64,000 nt of DNA from Lingula anatina (taxonomy: Eukaryota > Animalia > Brachiopoda). The notes beneath the pieces are model-generated. The model was not told where the DNA came from, did no database searches, and saw only the letters and a program-made list of their open reading frames with translations. This document shows positions 62,635 to 64,000 of the stretch, piece by piece. How positions within the stretch are numbered: the stretch's first letter is position 1; the number at the start of each line of letters is the position of its first letter. The stretch spans positions 45,452,401 through 45,516,400 of the forward strand of contig CM120641.1 of NCBI GenBank assembly GCA_051362555.1, given 5' to 3'. The position numbers were made by a program, and so were the translations under genes.

Positions 62635-63911
62635 TACAATTCCACTGTTCTTCATGAAGCTGTTTCTTCTGGTAATGAGGAGCTAGTCAAACTGATACTA
62701 CATGCCAAAGCTAAAGTCAATGCAAAAAACAAGGTACAGTACGTGTACATGTATACAAGTAGTTCTTTTTAAGTTTACAGCCCAGTGACATCATAAGAGT
62801 ACAAATTAATCTGACAAATCTACATTTACCAAGTATGCCATCAAGTTTTATAAAAAGGGAAATGTTTGGGGTGTGTTGGGGGGGGGGGGGGGGGGGAGGA
62901 AATGCGTGGATTTGTTATTGCACTCCTCAGGGTACAGACGTGTATATGGAGTTAAGTTATTATTTGTAGAAAGCCCGTCTCATCTTGATGGTATCACGCC
63001 TGCTCTTATTATATAAAAGTGGGCGCTGGGAGAAGGGAGGGGTGCATGGGAAGTTCCCTATTCTACAGTGTTTCATATCAGTTCACATTGATTTTGTATG
63101 TAACATTATGAAAGATAAGGTGTGAAACAGCAGATGAGATGTGCACCTTTGATGAGCACCTTTAGGTTGGTTGTTCCAGGATGAAGAGTCTTTAATTGCA
63201 GTCAGATATGTTGCTTCATTATTTTAATGTATATAATAATATGCTTAAAGATAAGTGTGCTCTATACTATTATTATTATTATTATTACATATATTTGTCA
63301 TGAAGGAAGGAAGAAGTGCTCTCCACATCGCTGCAAGATTAGGCCACTCTGGTGTGGTTCAACTTCTCCTGAATGCAAATGCTGATGTGAATGCACAAAC
63401 TAAGGTACAAATTTGAAAGACAATTCTTGTAATTTATCTTACTGTTTCATGATTTTTGTGGCCTGCAAATTTAATAGAAAGTGTCTAAAAATAAGTTTAG
63501 AAAATTATTCAACATCTAGCTATAAGATTTATGCTTATGAACTTACATTGCAATGTCTGTCAACAGATGCAATTTAACTACAATGACGGTACTAGTTTTG
63601 TCATAATTATGGTCATCATCTAGTAACAAATTTTGTAAGTCCACAAGCAGATTTGAAAATTTGTGTATATATAGTTTTTTATTAAGTGCCTGTAATTTAA
63701 TGCCATTTTGGTTTAGATTTTTAAAGAAAAAAATACCTCAGACAGAATTGAAAATATTTCATTGTTTAAAATGTGAAATGTTGTGCCTGATGGTTCAGCT
63801 GTATATGTTTAGGATGGCCGAACACCACTCCATGTGTCACTATGGAGAGGACATACACAGATAGCAAAGGCACTGGTCAAAGCAGGTGCCTCTGTCAACA
63901 GAAGAGATGAG
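62635..63911 (+). CDS. Ankyrin-repeat protein, partial (start exon not identified; continues beyond window)
   Basis: Three 99-nt phase-0 exons, each one ankyrin repeat: 62635-62733 (STVLHEAVSSGNEELVKLIL..VN), 63306-63404 (GRSALHIAARLGHSGVVQLLLNANADVN), 63813-63911 (GRTPLHVSLWRGHTQIAKALVKAGASVN). Confidence 0.9.
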
Positions 63912-64000
63912 GTACTTATTTTTACTTTTTTTGGACAAGTAGTTTGTAATATTCTCTGTAGACTGAGTTGAGACTAAGTTGATGTTCAGTTTGAACAAGA

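Overview
AT-rich, intron-rich animal genomic DNA, probably a lophotrochozoan or other marine invertebrate (inferred, not proven); almost all ORF-track entries are chance ORFs. Left to right: (1) about 23 kb with no recognisable protein homology but several + strand splice-flanked exons, leading into a CpG-rich cluster of five mir-92-family hairpins (24.3-27.9 kb) that also contains a near-perfect miR-92 target site on the same strand; (2) a minus-strand tandem array of three full and one truncated divergent 7SL/SRP RNA genes (28.8-32.0 kb); (3) a complete ODAD2/ARMC4 gene (+, 19 coding exons, about 1061 aa) with two duplicated alternative last exons and an intronic X-box/CCAAT module; (4) a 5'-truncated L2/CR1-group LINE; (5) a Helentron-like non-autonomous element carrying about 12 copies of a 146-bp satellite; (6) a CD63-like tetraspanin (-) with three alternative terminal exons encoding different sorting tails (HEVV, YGKSF, YEVV); (7) the first visible exons of an ankyrin-repeat gene (+). 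The best leads are the self-targeting site in the mir-92 cluster and the tetraspanin tail switch. Coordinates were counted by eye and may be off by a few bases.
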